A stretch of DNA of 64,000 nt from the NCBI GenBank assembly GCA_965207455.1, contig CBDBMJ010000001.1:832001-896000 (forward strand). The letters are read 5' to 3'. A model generated the notes under the pieces. It was not told the DNA's origin. It saw only the letters and a list, made by a program, of their open reading frames with translations, and made no database searches. A program made the position numbers and the translations under genes. Below are positions 42,433 through 52,456 of the stretch, piece after piece (the stretch's first letter is position 1; each line of letters starts with the position of its first letter). The stretch comes from Bdellovibrionota bacterium (GTDB lineage Bacteria; Bdellovibrionota; UBA1018; CAIPTA01; JAALKR01).

Positions 42433-43113
42433 TTACGATTTTCCAGTGATAGATGCCTTATACCCTTCTCCGTAAATAGACTTTATACTTATATTTGTGT
42501 CTTTCGTTTTTTTTCTTAAATGGCTCATATGTGTATCCACAGTTCTATCTAAAAAATTTTTATTATACGGAAACGCGTGCCCAATAATTTTCTCTCTAGA
42601 AATCACTTCATTTAAATGTTCTAACAAATAAGAAAATATTCTAAACTCCGACACTGTAAAATCCAAAATATTATTTTTATAAAAAATCTGAAAATTACTA
42701 GCATTTATCGTAAAATCATCTATTTTTTCCACATTGCTCTTGCTATTAAAAATATCCGATATGGATTTTACTAAATCTCGTAATTCTGAAGCAAGAAATG
42801 GCTTCTCTATATAATTTATTGCCCCTAAACGATAGCTTGTGGGTCTAGCACTCAAAGAATCTTTACCGGATATAATAATAATTGGAATATTTCTTGTATC
42901 CTCATTACCTTTTAATTGCGAACACACCTCGTAACCATCCATATCGGAGAGCATGAGATCTAAAATAATCAGATTGGGTTTTATCTTCAAAGATAGATCA
43001 ATACCTTGTTCGCCATTAATTGCATAGATGAATTCATGTTTATCCTTAATTAACTCGCTTTTAATTATATCTGCAACACTTTTATCGTCATCAATTAATA
43101 ATACTTTGCTCAT
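42433..43113 (-). CDS. OmpR/PhoB family response regulator
   Basis: REC domain (IDDD, LDLML, KPF) plus winged helix (SREKI, RTVDTHMSHLRKK, IYGEGY). Confidence 0.93.
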   Translation of the reverse strand: MSKVLLIDDDKSVADIIKSELIKDKHEFIYAINGEQGIDLSLKIKPNLIILDLMLSDMDGYEVCSQLKGNEDTRNIPIIIISGKDSLSARPTSYRLGAINYIEKPFLASELRDLVKSISDIFNSKSNVEKIDDFTINASNFQIFYKNNILDFTVSEFRIFSYLLEHLNEVISREKIIGHAFPYNKNFLDRTVDTHMSHLRKKTKDTNISIKSIYGEGYKASITGKS

Positions 43114-43210
43114 AAATAAACCTTATTTTAATTAAATGTCTCCCATAGAACATTACGGCAATATATAAATTTCCTTTAATGATTTTTATTGATATTCTAT
43201 ATAATAAATT

Positions 43211-43843
43211 ATGTTTAGAAATACAATTCCAAGTAACACTATAAGAATTCCTTTTTTTATTTTCTTGCTACTTCCTTGTTCATCAATTGCCAATACAGTA
43301 CTTTTCTTGGAACCGTATGTGGGCTACGGCATGGGCTCAATGGATAAAAGTGTATTTACAAAAAATAATTCTGCCGATAGAATTATAAGTAAATACACAT
43401 TAACAAATAGAGTGAATCATGGCCTACGTTTTGGCTTCATTTTTCCTGAGGGCCCCTACATGGCCATCACCTATAATCTGGAAAGAGCAAGCTATAAAGA
43501 AGCAGATGAAGAGCACAATTTAGGGAAACTGAAATCAAAAAGCCTGTGGGGAACTATTGGATATAATATGCCAATAAATATACGCTTATGGATTTCCTAC
43601 ACCATTTCTTTCACTCAAAATTTAATTCCTAGCAATATACTGGAAAATGAAGCTATAATAAACGGAGAGGGGTTTCTTTGTGGCATTGGTTATAAAATTA
43701 CTCCTCATTTTAGTTTGAATATAGAGTATAGAAGTATAAGAATAAAGGAATTAATATATGATGGAAAAACTTATCAATCAAAAAATAATCCTACTACAGA
43801 TCTCATACATATTTCCGTCAACTTTCCTTTCACCTTATACTAA
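43211..43843 (+). CDS. Outer membrane beta-barrel domain protein (8-stranded type)
   Basis: Signal peptide, LEPYVGYG first strand, GIGY...LNIEYR, C-terminal SVNFPF. Confidence 0.7.
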   Translation: MFRNTIPSNTIRIPFFIFLLLPCSSIANTVLFLEPYVGYGMGSMDKSVFTKNNSADRIISKYTLTNRVNHGLRFGFIFPEGPYMAITYNLERASYKEADEEHNLGKLKSKSLWGTIGYNMPINIRLWISYTISFTQNLIPSNILENEAIINGEGFLCGIGYKITPHFSLNIEYRSIRIKELIYDGKTYQSKNNPTTDLIHISVNFPFTLY

Positions 43844-43848
43844 ATAAA

Positions 43849-45093
43849 ATGAACGCTTATCTAATCTTTATACTGTCATTACTAATCTTTAGCTATTTGT
43901 TGGACTTATTTGTGGAAACCCTTAATTTAAATGCCATGTCTCCTAAAATCCCTGAAGAATTTAAAAACTACTACAATGAAGAAAAATACAAGAAATCCCA
44001 GGAGTACACAAAGGCACAAACAAAATTATCTCTTTGGGAAAACCATTTTTTCTTACCTCTAACAATAACTTTTATACTGTTAGGAGGTTTCCAATATTTA
44101 GATACTATTGCTCGCAGCTTTGGATCAAACAACATCATCACTGGTCTTATTTTTCTAGGTATTTTAGGAATGGGAAGTCAAATCCTACATATCCCCTTTC
44201 AAATCTATCGAACTTTTGTCCTGGAAGAAAAATTTGGTTTTAACTTAAGTAATTGGAAGATATTTACATCCGACCTTATTAAAGGTATATTTTTATCTGC
44301 TCTAATAGGTGGTTTTATACTAGCTCTCATTCTTTGGTTTTTTGAATGGTCTGGCCCTAAAGCATGGCTCTATGTTTGGGTTGCCATTACTCTCATACAG
44401 TGTATTTTTATGTTTTTAGCTCCCGTTCTTATTATGCCCCTGTTTAATACTTTTAAAGCTCTTTCCGATGGTGAACTGAAAACGGCTATTGAAGATTTTG
44501 CAAAAAAAGAAAACTTCCAAATCCAAGGAATTTTTACGATGGATGGATCTCGGAGATCATCAAAGGCCAATGCTTTTTTCACGGGATTTGGTCCTTTCCG
44601 TAGAATTGTTTTATTTGATACATTGATAGAGAATCATACTACGGAAGAATTAGTCGCTGTTTTGGCACACGAAATTGGTCACTATAAAAAAAAGCATCTC
44701 CCAAAAACACTGGCTGTATCTTTTTTATCCACCGGACTCATCCTATATTTCTTTTCCTTAATGATAAATAATAAAAACCTTTTTACCGCTTTCCAAGTAA
44801 AGGAGGTCTCTATCTACGCTAGCCTAGTCTTTATGGGTATTCTATTTTCTCCCATATCTTCCCTACTTTCTATTTTTTCTAACTTCATGTCTCGAAAACA
44901 TGAATACGAGGCAGATGCCTATGCCGCTCATGCATACAAAAGGCCTGACCAGCTGATTAGTGCCCTAAAAAAGCTTAGTGTGGATAGTCTCTCCAACCTC
45001 CACCCCCATAGGCTAAAGGTCTTCTTGGAATATAGCCACCCCACCGTTTTAAACCGAATACAGGCCCTGCAAAAAGTGGAAAAACACTCCTAA
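43849..45093 (+). CDS. M48 family zinc metallopeptidase (Ste24/CAAX-protease-like)
   Basis: DGSRRSSKANAFFTG, RIVLFDTL, HEIGH, SRKHEYEAD, YSHP. Confidence 0.93.
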   Translation: MNAYLIFILSLLIFSYLLDLFVETLNLNAMSPKIPEEFKNYYNEEKYKKSQEYTKAQTKLSLWENHFFLPLTITFILLGGFQYLDTIARSFGSNNIITGLIFLGILGMGSQILHIPFQIYRTFVLEEKFGFNLSNWKIFTSDLIKGIFLSALIGGFILALILWFFEWSGPKAWLYVWVAITLIQCIFMFLAPVLIMPLFNTFKALSDGELKTAIEDFAKKENFQIQGIFTMDGSRRSSKANAFFTGFGPFRRIVLFDTLIENHTTEELVAVLAHEIGHYKKKHLPKTLAVSFLSTGLILYFFSLMINNKNLFTAFQVKEVSIYASLVFMGILFSPISSLLSIFSNFMSRKHEYEADAYAAHAYKRPDQLISALKKLSVDSLSNLHPHRLKVFLEYSHPTVLNRIQALQKVEKHS

Positions 45094-45127
45094 TTTAAGG
45101 AAAGTTGTGATTCTTACCTTAGATGCC

Positions 45128-45290
45128 TTAATATGCCTGCTGGGGCAGGTAGCAATGCCTTTTATTTCCATAATGAGAACGCGGAGGTCAGCCAACCCCT
45201 CAATTTTTCAAGGTATTTATGGCAGCTTTCTCAGTATGAAAACGGCGCTGAAATTCAAATAAGTTTAATGCGTCTTGCCGCTGCCTTATT
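45128..45290 (-). pseudogene. Degraded N-terminal fragment of an IS1595-family transposase
   Basis: Minus strand reads QDALNLFEFQRRFHTE, then in other frames CHKYLEKLR and SHYGNKRHCYL. This follows the F..RF.TE..C..YL..LRW...CP.CG zinc-ribbon N-terminus, with frameshifts. Confidence 0.55.
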
Positions 45291-45330
45291 GCTATTTTCC
45301 CTATAAATTCAGGCTTTTAAATGAATGTTG

Positions 45331-45664
45331 CCTGCATATGCACTTGACGTGACCTAATGGGGTTTCGGCTTGGAACGCATGACCGACTCTAACATAGTAT
45401 GAAAAAGCAAGCCTCTACTCCCTGAGGTTCGCCGATTAAAACGAAAAACAAATTCGTCCAAATATGACTGTAGGGTTAGTTTATCAACTCGACCTTGATA
45501 AGTCTCATAGTACCAGCGCTTCAACAAGGAAACTGCTCTATGAACTCTTGGTAGAAGTCGGTCATCATCACCGCTTACCTCTTCCCAAGAATAGGGCTTT
45601 TTCTGAGGCTTATGGGAATTACGGATAGCTTAAAAGCAAAGGTCACGTCAAGTGCATATGCAGG
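45331..45664 (-). mobile_element. 334-bp non-autonomous IS1595-family deletion derivative (MITE-like) with perfect 25-bp terminal inverted repeats
   Basis: CCTGCATATGCACTTGACGTGACCT (45331-45355) is the exact reverse complement of AGGTCACGTCAAGTGCATATGCAGG (45640-45664). The interior minus strand encodes LLPRVHRAVSLLKRWYYETYQGRVDKLTLQSYLDEFVFRFNRR..RGLLF, the IS1595 transposase C-terminus, with no upstream start codon. Confidence 0.88.
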
Positions 45665-45727
45665 TGATACAAGGCATAACCTATTATAATTATTGGATTT
45701 TTTTCTTTTTTTCTCATCTAATAAAAC

Positions 45728-45756
45728 TTGACTATTTTACATTTATATGCGATAAT
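45728..45756 (+). promoter_or_regulatory. Putative sigma70 promoter of the lipoprotein gene at 45803
   Basis: TTGACT-17 bp-GATAAT with a TG extended -10 element. Confidence 0.55.
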
Positions 45757-45802
45757 AGCAAGACTAAAGAAGTATGGAAGTGGAGATAAAACCCCGATCA
45801 TT

Positions 45803-48800
45803 ATGAGTTATAGCAAAATAACAGTTCTAGCCTATTCTAAGCTGCTCAAAACGGCATGCCTTCTGAGCACTATTGCGCTTCTACATGCCTGTAGCCTCAA
45901 TGTGGATAAGAGCTCTACAGGGCAGGGTTCTAACTTTCACAGCGGCATAATTTCTGGAGAAACTCGTTCCGACCAGTCAAGCCTACAAAATATAAAAAGA
46001 AACAAAACAGTTTTGTTCCAGTCCACTCTTTTTGACATCCTCACAGAGGAACCACTTCCCAGCGGTGTTCCAGTAGAAATCTATGATGAAAAGGGAAAAC
46101 TCCTATACAGCACAAAAACTGAATTTAAAGGTATTGTCAGTTGGTCGAAACAATATTCTTATATAACGAGAACACGCTATGATTATCAAAAGACATCTAT
46201 TTGTTTTAAAATCACCTCTTTCTATGTTGGGATGCACTGTCGTCAAATAGGAGTAAATCCTATTCAGAATGGAACAGAAGCTGTTGTTGACTTAGGTGCT
46301 AATCAAATCCCACCTAAAACAAAGGAAGTGTTGGGAAAAGATGCTACTGGAAATCTTATTAAATTTGGATTTCATCAATTACACGTAATTGATCTTAATT
46401 CATCTAAATTTTCTATTTCCACAGGAAAGCCCACTTTATTGAATCCGATTCTTCGTGCTTGTTTATATTTAAAGCACGATGATCAAAAAATACCAACTGA
46501 TCAAAATTTTTATGTGACTGGATTCAGTAGAAAAAATCCCATTGCTAAAAAAACTAATTCTAATGGTTGCATAGAATGGCAAGAAACCATTAGAAATTTC
46601 CAACACTATTCTAGACAGCGGTGGCATAAAAAAGAAATAAAAATCTGTGCAGACAATGCGCTAACTGGAAAAGGATGCATTGATCGCACAGTCTATATAA
46701 ATCCATGGGACTATAGTGATTCTAGATATGAAAATTTTATATGGAATCAGGGCCAAAAATTAACTAATCATCCCAATCCTGATGATATTCATGGTTCTCC
46801 TAGTTTTAAGGAATTTCTACCTATTATTTCTATAACTAAATTAGGGTTTAACTTTATTAGTCGAAATTTTACAATAACTAAAGACCTCGACTTGCATTCC
46901 ACTCGAAAGTATCATATTTCTCTTACCCCTAAAATACAGTATATGACATTTCAAGGAGAGAAAATAGATATTTTAAATGGACAATATGAATTGAGTTATT
47001 TGCTGGAAAAAGCCCATGGAGAAGGTGAAAATAACATTATTAGATACAGTAATGATTCTCAAGAAAAAAGGGAAATATTAAAATTAGACAAAATATGTTT
47101 CTCTGAAAACATTAATACAAAGAAAGAAAAAAATAGGCTTGCGTGCCACAAGCACAGAATGATAGATTACTCAAAATCACCGATACTTGTGGAATCTAAA
47201 TCCGACATAATTACAAGCGAATTAAATTTTAAATTCACTGACTTACGCTATGTTATGTCTCGAAATAAAATTTATTTTCAAATAACTCCTGTAGATAAGA
47301 CAATAAAATTTCAAAAAAATACATTCTATGGATCCATCAGACAAAATACAGAATCAGGATTCCGAAGACTTTTAGAGAAGAATGAAATGAGTGAATCCGT
47401 AAATAAAATCATTGATTATATTTCTAAAAATAAATATTCAAATAGTACTACATGGTTGAACGAATCCAATCTGACCTACACTACAGGAAACAATGAATTT
47501 TCTACTGATGAAATAAATCACTTTTTATCTCCAAAATCCATCCAAACAGGAAAATATGATGGAACCATGGAGTATACACGAAAAAACTACAGCACTTTAG
47601 AAAAAGCATGTAAAATTATTTATCCTAAAAACAGGAAAATGGCTAAAATTTATGCAGAAAGAACTCGAGAGAATGAAATAAAAAGATACAAAATGATAAA
47701 GAATATTCAAAATGAAGTAAATAAAAAAACTCTCTCTAAATATTTCGGCATTCATATTGATATCTCAGACAGTGATGATTATTTAGAAAAAATAAAAGAA
47801 GAATGCAATCCTGTCACATTTAGTTATTACAGTCTGGGGATGACTCCAGCTAAAAAAGAGCAAATGCGCACGAAAGGATGTAAAGGTTCTTGGAATTTTA
47901 TCGATAAATTTAAGCTTATAAATCTTGTAACTATAGGAGATGAATCCCAGACCATCCCTAAAAACACAGAAAAACTCTTAAGGCACATACGATCTGAATC
48001 TAAATCTCTTCTTGAAAAAATGGATGATGTAAAAACTACCCAAGAATATATTGCAAAAAAAGTATATAAAATAAATTTTACCATCAAAAAATCAGTGGTG
48101 AATCCAGAAAAAAATCCTATTAATATAGTAGAACTACGAAATCTTTGCATAGAAAATCCTTTGGAATTCTTATCCGTAAACTATATAAAACAAATTGAAA
48201 AAATAGAGGATGAAGAAAAACCTAAAGCATATAATAGAGCTGATATTAGCAATATGTATTCTGGACTATTCTTTTCAAAATATATCTACGAAGATAACTC
48301 CAATCAGGCTTCAATAAGCACAAGTGCTAATTTAAATAAAACTGCCGTAATTAGCAATTCTAGTTTATATAACCTGTCTATGAATGCTGGTGTTGGAGTA
48401 AATCTTCGTTATGTAAATGCTGGTGCTGAGTTAATAAGACTTAATGAAGATCGTAGCTCTTTCCGAACAGATGTTGGAACTGGCGAATCATATGCTGATA
48501 TTATTACTTCTGCAAAAGGAGATAATGAAAATAGTGGTGTTAATAACAGTGAATCTAAAACAATAAATACGGAATCTCTAACTTTTTCCTTTAAAGCACA
48601 AACAAGGAGTTGTATACAAATACTGAGGCGAAACTTCATCTTAACTTATGAGGACAGTGACAAAGAAAATTCCAACAATTTATTTCTATGTAAAAATGAA
48701 TTGAATGATTTAGCTCAATATACAGAAACTTGGTTCTATACTTACTTATATTTCCGTAATCAGTCCTCAGCTATACACGATACTGCAGGTGACCTTACAC

Positions 48801-49024
48801 AGCGCCCTCTTACTTCCTTAATACGAGGAAATGCCCAGCTCTACTTGCTTAAAAAGCTAAAAGCCCAACCGTATAAAGTAGAAAAAATTAATGACATTAT
48901 AACGAATAAAACCAAATCTATACAAGAAATCTACCACTACTACAAACTCCACCATAATTTTCCTGGCCTCATTGAGACCAAGCCTCTTAAGTGGTCAAAA
49001 AATCCTGGTCCACTTCCTGAATAA
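45803..49024 (+). CDS. Large uncharacterised putative lipoprotein (paralog 1)
   Basis: Lipobox-like LLHAC after a hydrophobic stretch; long shared blocks with the next ORF. Start set at ATG 45803 because TTG 45728 coincides with a -35 box. Confidence 0.8.
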   Translation: MSYSKITVLAYSKLLKTACLLSTIALLHACSLNVDKSSTGQGSNFHSGIISGETRSDQSSLQNIKRNKTVLFQSTLFDILTEEPLPSGVPVEIYDEKGKLLYSTKTEFKGIVSWSKQYSYITRTRYDYQKTSICFKITSFYVGMHCRQIGVNPIQNGTEAVVDLGANQIPPKTKEVLGKDATGNLIKFGFHQLHVIDLNSSKFSISTGKPTLLNPILRACLYLKHDDQKIPTDQNFYVTGFSRKNPIAKKTNSNGCIEWQETIRNFQHYSRQRWHKKEIKICADNALTGKGCIDRTVYINPWDYSDSRYENFIWNQGQKLTNHPNPDDIHGSPSFKEFLPIISITKLGFNFISRNFTITKDLDLHSTRKYHISLTPKIQYMTFQGEKIDILNGQYELSYLLEKAHGEGENNIIRYSNDSQEKREILKLDKICFSENINTKKEKNRLACHKHRMIDYSKSPILVESKSDIITSELNFKFTDLRYVMSRNKIYFQITPVDKTIKFQKNTFYGSIRQNTESGFRRLLEKNEMSESVNKIIDYISKNKYSNSTTWLNESNLTYTTGNNEFSTDEINHFLSPKSIQTGKYDGTMEYTRKNYSTLEKACKIIYPKNRKMAKIYAERTRENEIKRYKMIKNIQNEVNKKTLSKYFGIHIDISDSDDYLEKIKEECNPVTFSYYSLGMTPAKKEQMRTKGCKGSWNFIDKFKLINLVTIGDESQTIPKNTEKLLRHIRSESKSLLEKMDDVKTTQEYIAKKVYKINFTIKKSVVNPEKNPINIVELRNLCIENPLEFLSVNYIKQIEKIEDEEKPKAYNRADISNMYSGLFFSKYIYEDNSNQASISTSANLNKTAVISNSSLYNLSMNAGVGVNLRYVNAGAELIRLNEDRSSFRTDVGTGESYADIITSAKGDNENSGVNNSESKTINTESLTFSFKAQTRSCIQILRRNFILTYEDSDKENSNNLFLCKNELNDLAQYTETWFYTYLYFRNQSSAIHDTAGDLTQRPLTSLIRGNAQLYLLKKLKAQPYKVEKINDIITNKTKSIQEIYHYYKLHHNFPGLIETKPLKWSKNPGPLPE

Positions 49025-49256
49025 AAATAACTGATTTTAATGCAATGCATAAATTTGACTTATATCGTCGACAACCAACTGTATTATAATGTAACGCATT
49101 AGTAGTCTTAGTGCGTCTATCCGTTGATATTGCTTAATAATTTATAAAGGTAGGATGCAGCTAAAGACCGCTTGCTAAACTCACCATTCTATAATAAAGT
49201 GCATCACAACTTAACTATAGAAGATGAAACTTAATAAATGCGGGGAGGGGCCCAGT

Positions 49257-52200
49257 GTGTATAGAAAAAAAATACTAACTTTACTGTGCTACAACATTGT
49301 AAAAATCCCACTGCAGCAAAGACAGCGGCAAATAATCACACCATGCCAAAATAAGCTCAAGCCCCTCGCACTCCTTCCGTGCTACAGCCTTATGATAGGA
49401 TCCATTTTCATCCTACAGGCTTGTGGACTCAATGAAAATAACCTTCAATATTCTCAACAACCAACAAATGTTTTCCTCTCCCATTCCTTTTCCGAACAAA
49501 AAATTATAGAAAAAACATTAAATCTAAGTAGTGAAGAAGACTCTACAAACACTGAGCTTGGAATTCATACGATATTATATACAAGAGATATAGAATTAAG
49601 TAATTATTCTATTTCCACTACAAAGCCAACTCTATTAAAGCCAACTCTACGCGCTTGCTTATATTATAATGATACAAAAGTACCTTTTAAACAAAAATTT
49701 TATATCACAACATTCAGTGATCTTAAACCTATATTAAAACAAGCGGACTTTGATGGTTGTGTAGAATGGCAAGAAACCATTGAAGGCTTTCGGTACTACT
49801 CCAATCAGCGATGGTACAAAAAAGAAATAAAAATTTGTTCCGACAATTCAGGAAATAGCTGTGTAAGTCGTATTATCTATATGAACCCATGGGGCTACGA
49901 GTTCAATAATGGAAACTTTATATGGCATCAAGGCAAAGAATTAACCACAACTCCTCCATCTAAAAACATCCACGGCTCATCTGATTTCAAGGAAATTTTA
50001 CCTGCAATTTCCATATCCACATTTGCTTTTAACTTCAACAAACGAAATTTTACTATAACAAAAAATCTCTCTTTAGAATCTCATAGATTATATCATATCT
50101 CCCTTATGCCTAAAATTAAATACATGACTTTTAGAGGAATAAAAGAATCGAATTTAAATGGAGAATATAAATTAAGTTATTTATTAGAAAAAACTCATGG
50201 AGAAACTGAAAGCAGCATCACTTCTTATTCTAAAGAGTCAGAAGAAAGAAAAACTATTCTAAAAAAAGACAAAGTCTGTTTCAGTAATATCTCTCTTATC
50301 AAAGATTATAAAACTCGAATGGCATGCCATAAACATACGGTGATAGATTATTCAAAATCACCAATGTATGTGAAATCAAGCAACAATCTGATTAAAGCAA
50401 AATTAACTCTAAAATTTGCAGATATTCGCTATGTTATGTCTCGAAATAAAATTTATTTTCAAATAATGCCTGCAGATAAAAAAATGAAAATTCAAAAAAA
50501 CTCATTTTATGGTGCTATTATACCAACAGTACGATCAGAACATCAAAATCTTCTTGAACATTCCAAAAAAAATAAATACAGTTTAGAAAATGATACTTCC
50601 TATGAAGGAAAATTAGCACAATTCCATGAAAGAAATGAAACTGTTAATGAGATCATTGAGCATATCACAAATAAAAACTACCTTAACCAAAAAAACTTAA
50701 TGTACGAACATGCCTCATCACTCAATATATTCACATTTACTGCAGGCATTACAGACGACTCTAAATCTTCTTCTAATTACACTGATTATGTCAAAAGAAG
50801 TATTGATTCTAATAAAAATCTTGGACTTGAAATTAACTTTTCCAGCACTGAAATCAACCACCTATTCACTCCAGAAAATATCACTTTAAAAAATGAAAAA
50901 TCTGCCGGGCTATTAAAGAGGACAGAGGAAAATCATAATATTCTAAGAAAAGCATGTAGCTTGCTTTATCCTAAAAATCAGAAAGTGGCTAAAGCTTTTG
51001 CTGAAGAAATACGGAAAAACAAGATTATGGAGTATAAAGAACTCGTTGCATCTTTTAATGAAATTAATAAATCATTCTTCAAATATATCACCGATTCCTC
51101 TGAAGAAGATCTAAAAAATGATGAAAATTATTTTAAAAAAATAAGTCAAAAATGCAGCCCTTCTGCTCCTACAAAATATATTGACCCTCGAATTCGAAAA
51201 AACAATGCAGATTTTAAAACAAAAAAATGTGAAGAGGTATTTGGTTACTGGAATCAAATATACCATAATGTAAAAGGATCATGGAATGCATATAGTCAAG
51301 ACAAAAATGAAGCTCTAGATCTAGTGCGAAAAGAAGCGGAGTTTTTTGCAAGAAAAGCACCGGGATTTTCTAATATAAGAAAAGAAGTACTGGAAAAAAT
51401 ATATGAGATAGATATTTCTTCTGAAAAATTGCTAATAAATCCAGAAACACAGCCTCTTAATATAACAGAACTACAGGAACTTTGTTTTGAAAAACCTTTA
51501 GAATTTTTATCCGTAAGCTATACAGAACAAATTAAAGAAATGAAAAATACAGGTCCTGCTGAATACAGGAAAGCTAACACTACAAACCTATTTTCTGGTA
51601 TTTTTTTAGCGCATTATAATTATAATACCAAAGCCAAACGACATGGAATAGAAGAAAACCTTGCCCATAATAAAAGTGCTATAGTTCATAATTCTAACAT
51701 GTTCAATATATCCATTGGCTTGAGTAAAAGCATATACATAGCTGATTTTAGTGCAAAAAATAATAGTTCACATGGCAGTTCCATGAACGCAGGAATACAA
51801 GGAAATAAAGCCTTTCAAAAAATCACTGCCATAGAAGAAGGGAAAAGCAAATGGCGCGGTAGCAGTAATAATATGTTTCAAACAATCAACACGGAATCTT
51901 TAACTTTTGTATTTCAAGCAAAAACAAAAAATTGTATACGAATTTTAAGAGAGAATTTCATATTGACAAACGATAAGAACGATAGTGAAAATTCTAAAAG
52001 TCTATTTTTATGTCAAAATAAATTGAATGATTGGCGTGAATATGAAGAAACTTGGTACTACACTTACCTATACTTCCGTAACCACTCCTCAGCTCTACAC
52101 GACCCAGCAGGAGATTTAATGCAACGACCCATCACCTCCTTAATTCGAGGAGATACTCAATACTATCTATTTGAAGAACTCTTGACTTCCAGCTCCAAAA

Positions 52201-52325
52201 TCCCTGAATTCTATAATGTTGTCAGCGAGATGACTCAGTCTGCACAAGAAATCTACCGCTATTATAAGATCCATCATAATTTTCCTGGTCTCATCTATGA
52301 CAAAGTCCTTACATGGGCAGAGTGA
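49257..52325 (+). CDS. Large uncharacterised putative lipoprotein (paralog 2)
   Basis: Lipobox-like ILQAC; shares LRACLY, EWQETI, KKEIKIC, RYVMSRNKIYFQI, TINTESLTF, YTYLYFRN, HHNFPGLI with paralog 1. GTG 49257 has a GGAGG RBS (the ORF track starts at 49224). Confidence 0.8.
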   Translation: MYRKKILTLLCYNIVKIPLQQRQRQIITPCQNKLKPLALLPCYSLMIGSIFILQACGLNENNLQYSQQPTNVFLSHSFSEQKIIEKTLNLSSEEDSTNTELGIHTILYTRDIELSNYSISTTKPTLLKPTLRACLYYNDTKVPFKQKFYITTFSDLKPILKQADFDGCVEWQETIEGFRYYSNQRWYKKEIKICSDNSGNSCVSRIIYMNPWGYEFNNGNFIWHQGKELTTTPPSKNIHGSSDFKEILPAISISTFAFNFNKRNFTITKNLSLESHRLYHISLMPKIKYMTFRGIKESNLNGEYKLSYLLEKTHGETESSITSYSKESEERKTILKKDKVCFSNISLIKDYKTRMACHKHTVIDYSKSPMYVKSSNNLIKAKLTLKFADIRYVMSRNKIYFQIMPADKKMKIQKNSFYGAIIPTVRSEHQNLLEHSKKNKYSLENDTSYEGKLAQFHERNETVNEIIEHITNKNYLNQKNLMYEHASSLNIFTFTAGITDDSKSSSNYTDYVKRSIDSNKNLGLEINFSSTEINHLFTPENITLKNEKSAGLLKRTEENHNILRKACSLLYPKNQKVAKAFAEEIRKNKIMEYKELVASFNEINKSFFKYITDSSEEDLKNDENYFKKISQKCSPSAPTKYIDPRIRKNNADFKTKKCEEVFGYWNQIYHNVKGSWNAYSQDKNEALDLVRKEAEFFARKAPGFSNIRKEVLEKIYEIDISSEKLLINPETQPLNITELQELCFEKPLEFLSVSYTEQIKEMKNTGPAEYRKANTTNLFSGIFLAHYNYNTKAKRHGIEENLAHNKSAIVHNSNMFNISIGLSKSIYIADFSAKNNSSHGSSMNAGIQGNKAFQKITAIEEGKSKWRGSSNNMFQTINTESLTFVFQAKTKNCIRILRENFILTNDKNDSENSKSLFLCQNKLNDWREYEETWYYTYLYFRNHSSALHDPAGDLMQRPITSLIRGDTQYYLFEELLTSSSKIPEFYNVVSEMTQSAQEIYRYYKIHHNFPGLIYDKVLTWAE

Positions 52326-52399
52326 AGAAAAACATAAAACTCATTGTGATGCTCCCAATAATAGCCCCAAGGTAGGTGCTCAATTAGCTGGTTTCTGAC

Positions 52400-52429
52400 T
52401 TGCCAGAGTGCCCTTCTACAGCGTATAAT
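52400..52429 (+). promoter_or_regulatory. Putative sigma70 promoter of htpX
   Basis: TTGCCA-18 bp-TATAAT upstream of an AAGGAG RBS and ATG 52457. Confidence 0.5.
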
Positions 52430-52456
52430 CAGAATGAAATTAAAAAGGAGAATCAA

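Noticed and set aside
45094..45727. Structured ncRNA or riboswitch in the 630-bp intergenic region
   Set aside because: The long dyad is explained by IS terminal inverted repeats and the interior by transposase remnants.
49094..49116. Hairpin ACGCATTAG-TAGTC-TTAGTGCGT between the lipoprotein paralogs as a terminator
   Set aside because: Needs two G-U pairs and has no U-tract; too weak to call.
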